Virus record (IMG/VR): IMGVR_UViG_3300021084_000006
Location: 1 to 64,000 of that record
Length of the DNA: 64,000 nucleotides
From: an uncultured virus (IMG/VR IMGVR_UViG_3300021084_000006)
Taxonomy: Duplodnaviria; Heunggongvirae; Uroviricota; Caudoviricetes
Direction: 5' to 3' (one strand)
The notes beneath the pieces were generated by a model. It did not search any database and was not told the DNA's origin. It worked only from the letters and a program-made list of their open reading frames with translations. Positions 63,332 through 64,000 of the stretch are shown in pieces (the first letter of the stretch is position 1; the number at the start of each line of letters is the position of its first letter). Both the position numbers and the translations under genes were made by a program.

Positions 63332-64000
63332 CTACAGATCAAAGTCACTTGCTGATGAAGTTGTTGGCTCAAAGCTTGTTGTTGCTGGAGCATCTGTTTT
63401 AACAACTTTTCTTAAGTGAAGAGGATTGTTAGAATCAAATGTAATTAATTTAGATGACTCTACATCAAGTGCTTCTATTGGCACATTACCTTTACTCATT
63501 TTTGGTAGAAACAAATCATTGTTAATATAACCTTCTTTGTTTTCCCATTCACGTGCTGCAAGGCATACGTTTACAAAACCTGAATTAGAAAAGATACCAT
63601 TACATGCACTCATGAATTCTTCAATTGTGTTTGCACTAATCTTATCTAGATCCGCTCTTTTGTTTAGAGTTTCAGCTAAAAATACCATAGCTTTCATAAC
63701 TTCATTGTCACGGCTAATCTCATTACCATTAGGAAGAATAGTATCTTTATATGCATAAGGGCTAAACCTTACTCTACCTACTTGACCTGAATAACGTGGT
63801 CCATTAGGATTATTTTGATCTACTAAAAATCCTTGAAATTCACCTGTTACAGGCTCACTTTCTACATGCAATGTAATGTTATATGCATTTGCATCATATG
63901 GTGTTTGATCAAAAGTAACAGAGTTAATCTTTACTTTTTGGTTACCTGTTCCAATAACTGGTTTTTCTTTGCCTGATCCGGCTGTCATTCCTTGTGTGTT
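63332..64000 (-). CDS. Putative single-stranded DNA-binding protein, 5'-truncated
   Basis: Frame is open to the window edge (..NTQGM); beta-rich N-terminus, flexible tail ending in acidic/aromatic SASDFDL; next to primase. Confidence 0.5.
   Translation of the reverse strand, partial: NTQGMTAGSGKEKPVIGTGNQKVKINSVTFDQTPYDANAYNITLHVESEPVTGEFQGFLVDQNNPNGPRYSGQVGRVRFSPYAYKDTILPNGNEISRDNEVMKAMVFLAETLNKRADLDKISANTIEEFMSACNGIFSNSGFVNVCLAAREWENKEGYINNDLFLPKMSKGNVPIEALDVESSKLITFDSNNPLHLRKVVKTDAPATTSFEPTTSSASDFDL

Larger units (their letters stand above)
1..64000. other. crAss-like (Crassvirales-type) bacteriophage genome segment
   Basis: Giant virion RNAP with DFDID motif flanked by large putative ejected proteins; opposite-strand replication block with PolB, primase, PD-(D/E)XK nuclease and MoxR/vWA; dense gene packing; no host housekeeping genes, integrase or att site seen. 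Confidence 0.9.

Noticed and set aside
1..64000. Stop-codon reassignment (TAG or TGA), known in some crAss-like phages
   Set aside because: Very long ORFs are intact under the standard code, and TAG/TGA end genes at sensible places (nrdA after CSSCEG, 44693, ATGA overlaps)
1..64000. tRNA, rRNA, CRISPR array, integrase, IS element, diversity-generating retroelement
   Set aside because: Intergenic gaps are short; no cloverleaf, repeat-spacer array, recombinase, transposase or reverse-transcriptase motif seen by eye

Overview
The window is a 64-kb internal piece of a large, AT-rich, gene-dense dsDNA phage genome of the crAss-like (Crassvirales-type) group. It most likely infects a Bacteroidota/Flavobacteriia host. 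Both end genes are truncated and the standard genetic code is used. The diagnostic feature is a 4700-aa virion-type RNA polymerase with a GADFDIDK catalytic motif. Layout: (i) 1-38612 (+) holds a tail stabilization-like protein with a vWA/Cys-rich insert, a multi-enzyme peptidoglycan protein, three putative ejected cargo proteins, the giant RNAP/zincin fusion and a 1941-aa partner with a PD-(D/E)XK nuclease. (ii) 38647-41929 (-) is an island with a class I ribonucleotide reductase showing class Id hallmarks. (iii) 41987-48694 (+) holds holin-like, small and tail-fibre genes. (iv) 48769-64000 (-) is the replication/metabolism block: PolB, primase, SSB-like protein, resolvase, nuclease, PhoH, MazG, SplB-like radical SAM enzyme and a MoxR-vWA module. 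The strongest leads are four. A recurrent 'xxG(G)' motif brackets enzymatic modules in the cargo proteins and co-occurs with a permuted papain-like protease, suggesting a polyprotein processing or sorting system. Lone terminal cysteines could tether the RNAP to its neighbour. A 27-aa stand-alone CDGSH Fe-S microprotein and a Fis-like HTH microprotein were both missed by the ORF track. All assignments come from motif recognition by eye; no searches were run.
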